Under the pieces are notes generated by a model, which was not told the origin of the DNA, made no database searches, and saw only the letters and a program-made list of their open reading frames with translations. Below are positions 49,164-58,937 of a stretch of DNA of 64,000 nt, piece by piece. How positions within the stretch are numbered: the stretch's first letter is position 1; every line of letters begins with the position of its first letter. The stretch comes from Planctomycetota bacterium (lineage in GTDB: Bacteria; Planctomycetota; PLA2; JAEUHO01): the NCBI GenBank assembly GCA_965222115.1, contig CBDCTJ010000007.1, forward strand, positions 704,001 to 768,000, read 5' to 3'. A program made the position numbers and the translations under genes.

Positions 49164-50323
49164 CGTCCACGTCCTCCGCCCCGCGCCTCGATCGCGGGCT
49201 GTTGGTGGTGGGCGTCATTGGACTTGCCATTGCGGCTCTGGGTTGGTTGCTCGACCGCGAGGCGGCGGCGGGTGCGTGGCTGGTTGCGGCCAACTACGGG
49301 TTGGGCCTTGGTATCGGCGCCCTGGCGTTTCTCGCGATCAGCCGCGTCATGGGCGCGGGTTGGCACGTGGCGTTTCGCCGTATACCGGAGGCGATGGCAG
49401 GCTCGCTGCCCTTGGCGGCCATCCTCATGTTCCTCGCCATTTTGCTGGCGCTGCCCGTATACGAGTGGAACCACAGTGACGTCGTGGCCAAGGACTCGCT
49501 GCTGCAGCACAAGTCGGCGTGGCTCAACGTCCCCGGCATTCTCATTCGCGCGGTCATTTGTTTAGCGGCGTGGTGCGTATTTGCCGCCCTTATGCGCCGT
49601 ACCTCACGCGAACAGGACAAAGGGGACGGCGAGGCGAAATCGTCATGCTTGCTCGTGCTCTCGGCGTCGTTCCTGGCGGTATTCGCGATTACATGGGCGG
49701 TGGCCAGTTTCGATTGGATCATGTCGCTGGAGCCGCATTGGTTCAGCACCGTCTACGCCATCTATACCTTTTCCAGTGCGTTGGTGTCGGCGATCGCCGT
49801 CATGATCATCGCCGCCATTTTGTTGGAGCGATGGGCGCCCATGCGCGGTGTCGTGCGTACGGAGCATCTTCACGACTTGGGCAAGCTACTCAAGGGCATG
49901 TGCACCTTCTGGGCCTACATCTGGTTCTGCCAATACATGTTGATCTGGTACAGCAACATTCCCGAGGAGACGACCTACTTTCTTCGCCGCACGACGCATG
50001 GCTGGACGGGCTTTGTACTGGCTTCGCTCGTGCTTATGTGGGTGGTGCCGTTCTTGGGTCTCTTGCCGCGACCCGCAAAACGAAATCGAACTCATCTTAT
50101 GCGCATTGCTTTGGCGGTGCTTGTTGGGCGCTGGATTGATCTCCACGTGTTGGTGATACCGGGCATCGCCCCCAAGTCGCCGTGGTCCTTGGGTTGGGAG
50201 ATTCCCGCAGTAATTGGCGTGGTGTCGCTGGTGTTGTGGGCGTCGGTGCGTGCTTTTGGATCAGCGCCAGCGGTGCCGACGGGCGATCCCTACCTCATGG
50301 AAAGCCAGGGATACAACGCGTAA
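49115..50323 (+). CDS. actF: Alternative complex III subunit F (start codon uncertain)
   Basis: About 10 TMs with DWIMSLEPHWFST, HLHDLGKLL and FWAYIWFCQYMLIWYSNIPEET. Confidence 0.92.
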   Translation: MVSHSLPTQLATGQAVASTSSAPRLDRGLLVVGVIGLAIAALGWLLDREAAAGAWLVAANYGLGLGIGALAFLAISRVMGAGWHVAFRRIPEAMAGSLPLAAILMFLAILLALPVYEWNHSDVVAKDSLLQHKSAWLNVPGILIRAVICLAAWCVFAALMRRTSREQDKGDGEAKSSCLLVLSASFLAVFAITWAVASFDWIMSLEPHWFSTVYAIYTFSSALVSAIAVMIIAAILLERWAPMRGVVRTEHLHDLGKLLKGMCTFWAYIWFCQYMLIWYSNIPEETTYFLRRTTHGWTGFVLASLVLMWVVPFLGLLPRPAKRNRTHLMRIALAVLVGRWIDLHVLVIPGIAPKSPWSLGWEIPAVIGVVSLVLWASVRAFGSAPAVPTGDPYLMESQGYNA

Positions 50324-50326
50324 GCG

Positions 50327-50854
50327 ATGGATGTGGATCCGTTCTCAGAACTGGAACTCGATCACCGCCTGATCGAAGTCGTGCTCACCGCGTTGGAAGC
50401 GGCGCGTCCCGATACGGTGGATGCAGCCTTCTTTGTTGACGTTGTCGCGTTCGTGCGCGATTTCGCTGATGACGTACACCATCGTCACGAAGAGCGTTTG
50501 GCCTTCCCCGCCCTTGAAGCCGCAGGCGTATTGCGCCACATGGGCCCCATCGGCGTCATGCTTGCCGAACATGACGATGCGCGCGAGTTGATCTTACGAC
50601 TTGAGGGACTCTCGACCGCGGGCGAACTCGCTGCTGCTTGTGAAGCGGGGCGCGCGTACGCCGCGCTGATGCGCGATCACATCCGCAAAGAGGAGCAAGC
50701 GTTGTTCGTCATTGGACGTTCGGTACTTGGGGATGATGCCGCCGCCGAACTCAGCGACCGGATTGCCGTCGTAGGCAAGGCGCGCGTACTCCGGGCGTCC
50801 TTTCAGCGACAGGCCGATGCGATCGCCGCGCGGGTTGCGTCGTCCTCGGCATAG
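50327..50854 (+). CDS. Hemerythrin/HHE cation-binding domain protein
   Basis: DHRLI, HHRHEE..FP, MLAEH and HIRKEE..LF motifs. Confidence 0.9.
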   Translation: MDVDPFSELELDHRLIEVVLTALEAARPDTVDAAFFVDVVAFVRDFADDVHHRHEERLAFPALEAAGVLRHMGPIGVMLAEHDDARELILRLEGLSTAGELAAACEAGRAYAALMRDHIRKEEQALFVIGRSVLGDDAAAELSDRIAVVGKARVLRASFQRQADAIAARVASSSA

Positions 50855-50912
50855 CGAAAACCGCTCAAGCGCGTCGTGCGCGAATGAGGTCAACCGCGTA
50901 TCCTTTGGGTGA

Positions 50913-53900
50913 ATGAACACCCGTGTCGGCAACTATGAGCTGGGCGATGAACTGGGCGCTGGCGGTATGGGGTCCGTATTCCGCGCGACGCGCGTGGGAA
51001 CGGGTGACGAGGTGGCGATCAAGTTGCTTCGCGTTCCCTCGTCAAGTCGCGACGAGGCCATTGCCCGGTTTCAGCGCGAGATCGATGTAGGTCGGCAGGT
51101 ACAGCATGCCGGCGTCGTGTGGACGATCGATGCGGGCGAAGCCACGGTGGGCGGCGAGACGATGCATTACTTAGTAATGCCCTTCGTTCCCGGCAAGACA
51201 TTGCGCGCGGTATTGGATGCGTCGGGCGCACTTTCCGAGGGCATCTATCGCCACATGGCGCTCCACTTGGCCGACGCTCTTGCGGCCCTGCACAGCGCCG
51301 GCATCGTTCATCGCGATGTCAAACCCGAGAACATCATGGTCACACCCGACGATCGCGTGGTGTTGACCGATCTTGGTATTGCGCGCAGCATAAACGCACC
51401 GAGTGAGATGTCGCGCACAGGACAGTTCGTAGGATCACTAGCTTACGCCCCACCGGAAGCCTTCGAAGAGGACGCCACGCCAACTCCGGTGTTTGATGTT
51501 TGGGCGTTGGGCGTCGTGCTGTATGAAATGGCAACCGGCGCGCATCCCTTTTCGCGCGAAAGTATGGAAGGCACCTTACGGGCAGTCCTGCATGAGCAGT
51601 CCGCTCCGTTATCGACCCATGGCGTAGACGAGGCGCCATTCATCGAGGCACTCATGCGCCGGTGCCTGGACAAAAATGCCGCTCGACGTCCCCAGGACGG
51701 CCGCGCGGTGTTTGAGTTGCTTCGAAGCGGCGAAGGCTCCGCGTGGTGGCGACGTATGGCACGCGACGTGAAGATGTTGCAGCCATGGCAATCTACTTTA
51801 GATGTCGAACTGCCCTTTGTGGGTCGCGACGATGAACGTGCATTGATTCGAAGCGCAGCACATGATCGTCGAGGTCAAATCGTACTTGTTCGCGGTGAAG
51901 AAGGCGTTGGGCGCACCCGTCTTGTGCACGAGGCGCTCCGCGATATATCGAGCGTTGTCATCGGATACGTACGCGCCACGTCGAGGGATGCGTCGTCATG
52001 GTTGTCGCGTGTGCTTAGGGCGCACCGAGGCGATGACGAGATGGAAACGCTTGTTGCGCAGCACCTTGGTACCGGTCCCGTGGCGGACGCTTGCCGTGAC
52101 GCCCTCATTCATGCCGATGCGACGCACTGGCACGCCGCCGATCGCGGCAGTCTTATGAGCGTGTTGCTGACGGGGTTGAGGGAGCTGGCGCGTACCAAGC
52201 GACTCGTGCTCTGGATGGACGACCTGGACGGACTTGCGCCATCGGCGGGCGGCGAACTTGTTGAGCTGGCGCGCGCGGTCGAGACCCTTCCGGCACTGCT
52301 CATCCTTACAGGATCGCGAACCAAGGACGATGCCCTCGCGGCCATTGTGGACATCGACTATATGCGCGTCGTCGATCTGCTGCCACTAACCGAGCGCGGT
52401 GTGTGGTCCCTGCTGCGAACGCGATTCGGCCATGATCATATCGCCGATGACTTGGCGAACGTTGTGCATGCCCGCACCGGCGGTATGCCGGCCATGATCG
52501 CCAGCATGGTTGAGCGTCTAGAGAGCGACGGCTACGTGCGTAAGGATCGCAAGGGAGCGTGGTCCATCACGCGGTCGCGTCATGACATTGGGCGACTTCC
52601 TATTCCCACCTCGGCGCGTGATGTATGGAAGAACCGCGTGCGCCGGCTGTCGTCCGACGATCGTGAAGTGCTCGATGTTGCGGCGTGTATGAGTGATCCC
52701 ATTCGCCCGAAGATTGTCTCGGCCGTATTGGGTCAGCGAACGCTTGAAACGCTTCGGCGCCTTACGCGTCTCGAACGCGACCATCGATTGATTCACCACG
52801 AAGGCGCGAACTTCGTGTTTATTGGTCCGCTGGCCAAGGAGATTGTACGCGACGATATGCCTGAATCCCTGCGCGTCGCGTATCACGCCGCATTGGCGCA
52901 AGCGCTGGAGTCCGAAGACACCGAAGAGGCTGGCATCGGCGGAAAGCGTGCGCTTGAGCGTTGCGAGCAGTGGATGCAGGCGGGACGCCTGGACAAGGCA
53001 TTGCGTTATGCGCTGTCTGGCACCCGGTACCTCTTTGGGTGCGGCGAGCCTGAGCGCACCGCCGACCTTCGACGCGCGTTTCTCGAAAGCGACGACGCAT
53101 TGGATTTAGCCACGATTAGCGCGTTGGCGCTCCCGTGGTCGCACCAGTGCCTCGAAGCAGGCATTGAGCCCGATGTATCGCTGCTCGTGCCGTGGCTCGC
53201 GCGCGCGAACGAAGCCGGGAATGACCGAGCCCTTGGATTTCTTCACTGCGCCATGGGCGTGGCACTCTCCCGCTCCAAGAGAATGAGCGAGGCCGCACAA
53301 CACTTTCGAATCGCGCGCGAAATCGCCGCTCAATTGGACGACGATGAACTTGCGGCTCGCAGTGTTAGCACACACGCTCAGATGTGTGTTCATACCAACG
53401 AGTTCGATCTTGGGCTCTCGCTACTTCGTGAACATGAGCGCATCATGGAACGCTTCCCGCCTGAGAGGGACGGGCGCGCCATCAATCTTATCTCTCAGTC
53501 GGCGCTCTTGTCGTCGCGTGGACGTTTTGAGGAGAGTCTTCCGCTCGCTGAGGCGGCGCTCGAAAGTGCCCGTGAATATGGACTAGTCAAGATCGAGGCC
53601 GAGGCGCTGCGAGTGCTTGGGGCGATCTATGATCGTCACGCGCGCTGGGATGAGGCGGTGATTGTGACGAAACGAGCACTGGCGTTGGCGCGTCGCGGAC
53701 GGGCGCGCCACAACATCATGACGTCACATGCCAACCTCTCCGAGTTCCTGCTGTCCCTCGGGCAGTACGGTGCTGCCTGGACGCATATGCGGTCGGCACT
53801 GGATGTGCAGCGCGATGTAGGTGATCCACGTCCGGCGCTTCTATTCCATGTTATGGCGCTTCGGTTGGCAACAAGCATGGGCAACCGAGCGGAGTCGAGG

Positions 53901-54485
53901 CGATTGCGACAGCGTGTCCAATCGCTGGCCGCGTCGTCCTCGGTAGTCATGCTTGCCGTGGGTGCGCAACTTGAGTGCGCAGTGGCATACGCCAATGACG
54001 AGGAGTGGGACAATGTGGGAGAGCGAAGTGACCACGCAGCGCAGTTACTCCCAGAAGGTGCGCCGCCGTTTTGGCGTTGTCGCGTAGCGATGTTTCAAGG
54101 GCGCGCGGCGTTTCATACGGGCGATACGACGCTCGCACGTTCCCATTTGCAAAGCGCTTGGGCAATTGGCCGAGACGTCACGACGCAAGTGGGTGTTGGC
54201 ATGATGGCCGGTGCCTATCTCGCCCTCCTGGAACCCGCGTGTGTCGAGGCCGTTGAGGCGCGCCACGTGGAGTGGGAGTCGCTACTCGATGTTCCGCGTC
54301 AGATCGAAGTTTTTTGGTTGCGCGCGTCCCGGACCGGCAACGAGAGACACTGGCGTGCATGTGAGGACCTACGCGCAGCCATCCGACGTTCGCTTTCAGA
54401 CCAAGAACGAAGCGCGTTGGACGAAGGTAACTGGCTCCACCGTCGCATTGCATCGCGCACGGCGGCGCGCGCGTTAGGGAAGTAG
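50913..54485 (+). CDS. Ser/Thr protein kinase fused to AAA/STAND-like ATPase and TPR-like helical region
   Basis: GAGGMG, VAIK, HRDVKPEN, DLG and DVWALG kinase motifs. FVGRDDE, GEEGVGRT, LWMDDL and RTGGMP ATPase motifs, then C-terminal helical repeats. Confidence 0.9.
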   Translation: MNTRVGNYELGDELGAGGMGSVFRATRVGTGDEVAIKLLRVPSSSRDEAIARFQREIDVGRQVQHAGVVWTIDAGEATVGGETMHYLVMPFVPGKTLRAVLDASGALSEGIYRHMALHLADALAALHSAGIVHRDVKPENIMVTPDDRVVLTDLGIARSINAPSEMSRTGQFVGSLAYAPPEAFEEDATPTPVFDVWALGVVLYEMATGAHPFSRESMEGTLRAVLHEQSAPLSTHGVDEAPFIEALMRRCLDKNAARRPQDGRAVFELLRSGEGSAWWRRMARDVKMLQPWQSTLDVELPFVGRDDERALIRSAAHDRRGQIVLVRGEEGVGRTRLVHEALRDISSVVIGYVRATSRDASSWLSRVLRAHRGDDEMETLVAQHLGTGPVADACRDALIHADATHWHAADRGSLMSVLLTGLRELARTKRLVLWMDDLDGLAPSAGGELVELARAVETLPALLILTGSRTKDDALAAIVDIDYMRVVDLLPLTERGVWSLLRTRFGHDHIADDLANVVHARTGGMPAMIASMVERLESDGYVRKDRKGAWSITRSRHDIGRLPIPTSARDVWKNRVRRLSSDDREVLDVAACMSDPIRPKIVSAVLGQRTLETLRRLTRLERDHRLIHHEGANFVFIGPLAKEIVRDDMPESLRVAYHAALAQALESEDTEEAGIGGKRALERCEQWMQAGRLDKALRYALSGTRYLFGCGEPERTADLRRAFLESDDALDLATISALALPWSHQCLEAGIEPDVSLLVPWLARANEAGNDRALGFLHCAMGVALSRSKRMSEAAQHFRIAREIAAQLDDDELAARSVSTHAQMCVHTNEFDLGLSLLREHERIMERFPPERDGRAINLISQSALLSSRGRFEESLPLAEAALESAREYGLVKIEAEALRVLGAIYDRHARWDEAVIVTKRALALARRGRARHNIMTSHANLSEFLLSLGQYGAAWTHMRSALDVQRDVGDPRPALLFHVMALRLATSMGNRAESRRLRQRVQSLAASSSVVMLAVGAQLECAVAYANDEEWDNVGERSDHAAQLLPEGAPPFWRCRVAMFQGRAAFHTGDTTLARSHLQSAWAIGRDVTTQVGVGMMAGAYLALLEPACVEAVEARHVEWESLLDVPRQIEVFWLRASRTGNERHWRACEDLRAAIRRSLSDQERSALDEGNWLHRRIASRTAARALGK

Positions 54486-55187
54486 CGGCCCGAGTTCTTG
54501 AACGAGTTCTGCAAATTCCGTTTCGCTTCGAACCAAGCCTTTTAGCTCCTCGGCCAAGTGCACCGAAAAGGCGCGACGGGCGCGAAATCGAAGTACGGCC
54601 ATCTGCGACTCGGCCCGACCGAGTCGTGCGGCGATGTCGGGACTGCCTTCGCCTCGGGTACGAATGAGATCGCGCACAATCTCGGCGTATTCGGCCCTTT
54701 GTTGTTGGAGCAGTTCCAACGCACGTTCGATGGCGATGCCAACGACGGTGTCGTCAAATGCCGCGTTGGCCGGATCCATGGCGCGCCCACGAATGCCTCG
54801 CAACACTTCAGGGCTCTCCAGTCCGGGCGGTTTGCGTCTCTTGGCGGTGGCCTGATCCACGTAGTCACACGCGCGCCGAAAGAGCTGCGCCTTGAGGTAC
54901 CGGCGAAACGAACGAATCTCACCTGCGTTTCTGCTGAGCCACTCTTTGTCCAAGCACTGCGTCAAGTAATCGTGTACCAGATCCGCCGCTTCGTTTTCGG
55001 CCACATGGCGTCCCAGCATGCCGCGCAGCAGGGCATGAGCATAGCGCCGCATGGCGGGCTCATAGGTTTCGTAGAGATAGCGCCAGCGTTCCTCGTACTC
55101 GGGGTGATCCGGCGACGGGGGCGGCGGCAGCATGGTCCAGCGCGTCTCGATCGTCAGCAGATTCGTTGCGCTACAGACCTGACCCAT
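54474..55187 (-). CDS. Divergent ECF-type sigma factor (planctomycete-like, kinase-associated)
   Basis: ETRW N-terminal motif, YETYEPAMRRYA, AADLVHDYL, SFRRYLK, and region 4 IAARLGRAESQMAVLRFRARRAF. Confidence 0.75.
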   Translation of the reverse strand: MGQVCSATNLLTIETRWTMLPPPPSPDHPEYEERWRYLYETYEPAMRRYAHALLRGMLGRHVAENEAADLVHDYLTQCLDKEWLSRNAGEIRSFRRYLKAQLFRRACDYVDQATAKRRKPPGLESPEVLRGIRGRAMDPANAAFDDTVVGIAIERALELLQQQRAEYAEIVRDLIRTRGEGSPDIAARLGRAESQMAVLRFRARRAFSVHLAEELKGLVRSETEFAELVQELGPLLP

Positions 55188-55295
55188 GGCGCCATCGTAG
55201 GCAATTTTGGATTTCTCGGAAACAGTCGCGGTTTTTCGAAATCGAGCGTGCTCGTTGCCTACCTAGCAGGGTGAACCCCCACAGGAGTCCCCCGA

Positions 55296-55931
55296 ATGTT
55301 TGCTACATGCCGCACCCTACTCGTCGTCTCGATCGTCTCGCTGTCTCTCGCCGCTTGCGGTGGCGGAGGCGGAGGTGGCGGCGATGACGGTAACACCGCC
55401 CCCACGCTGCTCAGCCGCACCCTCACGGCGAACCCCACACTGACCGGATGGGTCAACGAGTCGCTGGCCGTGCCCGTGGCATCGCTTGCCGCACCCTACG
55501 TTGAAACGGGCTTCTTCGGTACCTCAGTCATCAAGTCGATCATCACCTTCAATCTTCCAAGCGACATCGATCCCGCCACAATTCAATCGGCGTCACTCTT
55601 TGTCAATCAGATCCCACCCACGGGTATGCCGTATGCGAAGTACGGACCCATGAGATGGCAGTTGGTAGACGTCGGTGCGGCGCTCGACCTGGCGGACCAT
55701 TCTTCGGGTGCGCTCGTTTCACCCATTCCATCGTTCATCGATGACGAGATGCCGGGTATTCATGAAGTGCCCATGACGGGTGTTGTCGTCAGCCGCATGA
55801 ACGCCAGTGCCACCACGTTTTCCGTAAGAACCTACTTTACGGGCGCGGGCACCAATGGCCAGATCGACACGGCCAAGCTTGATTGGAATGGCGGGCTGGC
55901 GTTTGAGCTGCGTATTGACTACATGCCGTAG
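55296..55931 (+). CDS. Gly-rich lipoprotein with DNRLRE/CBM96-like beta-sandwich (paralog of 6082..6747)
   Basis: AGGAG RBS, lipobox LAAC followed by eight Gly, and KSIITFNLPSDIDPATIQSASL motif. Confidence 0.65.
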   Translation: MFATCRTLLVVSIVSLSLAACGGGGGGGGDDGNTAPTLLSRTLTANPTLTGWVNESLAVPVASLAAPYVETGFFGTSVIKSIITFNLPSDIDPATIQSASLFVNQIPPTGMPYAKYGPMRWQLVDVGAALDLADHSSGALVSPIPSFIDDEMPGIHEVPMTGVVVSRMNASATTFSVRTYFTGAGTNGQIDTAKLDWNGGLAFELRIDYMP

Positions 55932-56127
55932 TGGTGGGGCGTTGAGGCATTCGTACTCGGACTCCACCGTACTATGTCCGGTCGGCGCGTTTTCTGTTTG
56001 GGCAGAAACGATGAAAACCGTTGCCGATGAAGACGTACTAAGCGCATTTGCCCATTTGGCGGTTCACATGCGTCCGTGGTCGGCGCGCCACTACGTCCGT
56101 GCGCACCGCAGTGGCGCGGGCCTGCGG

Positions 56128-57474
56128 CTATGCCGTCTTGGGATCGAGCGCGTCACGCAGGGCGTCACCGACGAGGTTGATGCATACAACCGCCAGCACG
56201 ATCAAGAGGCCGGGGATTGTGCAAATCCACCATGCCTGTTCGAGGTAGTCTTTACCGTCGCTAATGATGTTGCCCCAAGACGCATCGGGCGGTTGTACGC
56301 CGAAGCCCAGGAACGACAGCGCGGCTTCTACGAGGATCGTATTACCGACGAGCAGCGTTGCATTGACGATAACAGGCGCGAGTGAGTTCGGTAACAGGTG
56401 GCGAAACATGATGCGGTTACGCCCATAGCCAAATGCTCTGGCTGCATGGGAATAATCCAGTTCCTTGATGCGCAGGAACTCAGCGCGTACCAGTCGTGAC
56501 ACGCCCATCCAACCGGTAGCGCCCAAGATGGCAATCACGGTGAAGATGCCGGCACCTTCGTAGATCGACACGATCAGCAGCAGCAACAGCAGTCGAGGAA
56601 ACGCCAACAGAATGTCGACAAGCCGCATGATGACCGTGTCTACCCAGCCGCCCATGTAGCCCGCGAGGCTGCCAAAGATGACTCCCAGTGTGATTGCCAC
56701 AAACATGGCAACGAAGCCAATAAATAGCGAGATACGCGCGCCATAGAGTAGGCGCGACAAGAGATCGCGCCCACGCGCATCTGTGCCCAGAACGTAGCGC
56801 TCAAACCGTGCTGGCACCTCATGCGTGCCGAGCGCAATCGTTGTGGCCGTGTCTGCGCGTCGATCCCATCCCCTAGGCGGCACACCGAGACGGCGAATCT
56901 CGTAGGCGTCGGGTGTACTTACCTTTTCACCGCGATCCAGTAGCACGTAGTCGCCAACCACGGTCAGATCGCGCGCCGACTCTTCACCCTTTCCTTCTAC
57001 GCCGATAAGGACGACACGCTCTCCGGGAGGGAGCAGCTTGTGGACGATCTCAGGACCCGCGCCCGGCACGCTTTGGCTGTAGGGAGCCAAAACGGGAGCC
57101 AAGATCGCGGCGCTGTACAGCAATCCCAACACCGAAGCTCCCCAAACCGCACGTGGATTTCTTTTGAGCTCACGAAAGGCCAGTTGCCACGTGCCCAATC
57201 CTTCACGTGGTGTCGGGTGTTCGAGTTCGCGAAGGCTCCGGTGGGCGAGCCAAAGCAAGACAAACGGCAACGCGAATAGGAACACGACGCTAGCGACATC
57301 GAGAAACGATCCCTCAGTCACCAATCGACCGAGTCGATTCCATCGGTAGACACACGTGGCCAGCCACAAGAGAAAGAACACGAAGAATCGAATGCCGGGC
57401 ACCACGTGACCGCGGCGAAGGTGCCCGAACCCCGGAGGAATTGACTCGACCCATGACACCGCGGGCTTGTTCAC
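56128..57474 (-). CDS. Peptide ABC transporter permease (OppC/DppC type) with extensions
   Basis: LGTDARGRDLLSRLLYGARISL, EAA-like YSHAARAFG, EAALSFLGFG and GDALRDALDP. Confidence 0.93.
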   Translation of the reverse strand: MNKPAVSWVESIPPGFGHLRRGHVVPGIRFFVFFLLWLATCVYRWNRLGRLVTEGSFLDVASVVFLFALPFVLLWLAHRSLRELEHPTPREGLGTWQLAFRELKRNPRAVWGASVLGLLYSAAILAPVLAPYSQSVPGAGPEIVHKLLPPGERVVLIGVEGKGEESARDLTVVGDYVLLDRGEKVSTPDAYEIRRLGVPPRGWDRRADTATTIALGTHEVPARFERYVLGTDARGRDLLSRLLYGARISLFIGFVAMFVAITLGVIFGSLAGYMGGWVDTVIMRLVDILLAFPRLLLLLLIVSIYEGAGIFTVIAILGATGWMGVSRLVRAEFLRIKELDYSHAARAFGYGRNRIMFRHLLPNSLAPVIVNATLLVGNTILVEAALSFLGFGVQPPDASWGNIISDGKDYLEQAWWICTIPGLLIVLAVVCINLVGDALRDALDPKTA

Positions 57475-58928
57475 TTGAGCCTCACGCGTGGATCGGCGAC
57501 GGCATAGAGCACATCAGCAATGAGATTACCAAGCACAACCATGATGGTTGCAAGCAGTGTAATTGCCGTCACTACGGCAACGTCTCGGCCCGTAATGGCA
57601 TCAATTGCCGCGGATCCAATGCCGGGCCACGAGAAGATCTGTTCGGTAATTACTGCGCCTGAAACCAGAAACGGCAGGCTAAGCCCAAAGAGGGTAATGA
57701 TTGGCAACAGCGAGTTTCGCATGACGTGCTTGCGGACCACGGTCTTCTCATCAAGTCCCTTGGCGCGTGCGGTGCGCACATAGTCTTCACCAAGCACTTC
57801 AAGTACCGCGGATCGCTGATAGCGCGCCGTGCCCGCCGCGCCCGCGACGCCCAAGACGAATACCGGCATTGCATAGTGCTTGATAATTGTCAAGAGGGAT
57901 GAACCGTCGGGTGCAAGACCACCGATTGGAAGTATCTGCAGCGAGACCGCAAAGATCAATTGCAGCATGATTGCGAGCCAGAAACCCGGCATGCTGTAGA
58001 GAAAGAACGCGTTGACCATGATCGACGTGTCTAGCACCGTGTCTTTTTTGAGTGCCGAGATCACCCCAAGACCAATACCTATGAGGTAGTTGATTAGTAG
58101 GGCCCAGAATCCAAGTTTGAGTGTGTTCTTTAGTCGAGGCCATAGAAACTCGACGACGGGCTTCTTGTGCATAATCGACGTACCCAGATCGAACGTGGGC
58201 CCACCCAGATCTAGGGTGCCTTCCGGAACGAGAAGGTCGGCGCCGCCCGCTGTGGTGTATCGACCATGGTCGATGGGCATTGGGCCAAACGTGCCTCCAG
58301 CGTTCCGTTTCAACGTAATCGATCCTGCGTTACCGGAGGCGGCCTTCAATTCAATGGCATCGGGTGGCTTGGAAAGCAGTGTCTCTGCGGTAACCGTACC
58401 GTCCCGCGAGTATTGAATGCGCACGCCTGCCGTTTCAAGCGTTACGTCGGCTGCGTACGCAGACAAGCTTCGATAGCCAATCATGTACTTACCGTTCTTG
58501 AGCGGCTTTGTGTCGTATGTGCCGTCCGGTTGTCGTGTCAGGGTGACGGTCGTGGCGCCCTCTTCTTTCCGGGCCGATTCATTGGGTTCAAGCACGAGCG
58601 TGTCCGGTGGCTGCTGCACGGACGCCACGATCTCATTGCCCTGTTTGGTACCGTGCACATCGAACTGGATGCCTCCGCCCTCATAGTCAAGCGCTTTCGG
58701 ATCTGCCCAAAACATCATGCGCATGTGCTTGAAGTAGCGCGCGATGGGATGGAGGTCATACCCCCAGCGTTTCCGTAAGCGCTGAAGGTCGGCCTCCGTA
58801 GTCTTGGCGTTTTCTCCGCCGGTGAATGGGTCGCCCGGCGCGAGGTTGACCGCGATAAACGTAAGCGTGTAGACGCCCCACACAATCAGGATGCCGATCA
58901 AGAGGCGGCGAAGAATGTAGCTCCACAT
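57471..58928 (-). CDS. Peptide ABC transporter permease (OppB/DppB type) with large periplasmic insertion
   Basis: YILRRLL, APGDP, DLGTS, DYVRTARAKGL, TEQIFSWPGIG and DPRVR motifs. Confidence 0.93.
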   Translation of the reverse strand: MWSYILRRLLIGILIVWGVYTLTFIAVNLAPGDPFTGGENAKTTEADLQRLRKRWGYDLHPIARYFKHMRMMFWADPKALDYEGGGIQFDVHGTKQGNEIVASVQQPPDTLVLEPNESARKEEGATTVTLTRQPDGTYDTKPLKNGKYMIGYRSLSAYAADVTLETAGVRIQYSRDGTVTAETLLSKPPDAIELKAASGNAGSITLKRNAGGTFGPMPIDHGRYTTAGGADLLVPEGTLDLGGPTFDLGTSIMHKKPVVEFLWPRLKNTLKLGFWALLINYLIGIGLGVISALKKDTVLDTSIMVNAFFLYSMPGFWLAIMLQLIFAVSLQILPIGGLAPDGSSLLTIIKHYAMPVFVLGVAGAAGTARYQRSAVLEVLGEDYVRTARAKGLDEKTVVRKHVMRNSLLPIITLFGLSLPFLVSGAVITEQIFSWPGIGSAAIDAITGRDVAVVTAITLLATIMVVLGNLIADVLYAVADPRVRLK

Positions 58929-58937
58929 GCCAGTCTC

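Noticed and set aside
56084-56118. GC-rich hairpin CGCGCCACT/AGTGGCGCG after the oppC stop
   Set aside because: It has a large loop and no U-tract, so it cannot be called a terminator. Likely a generic 3' stem.
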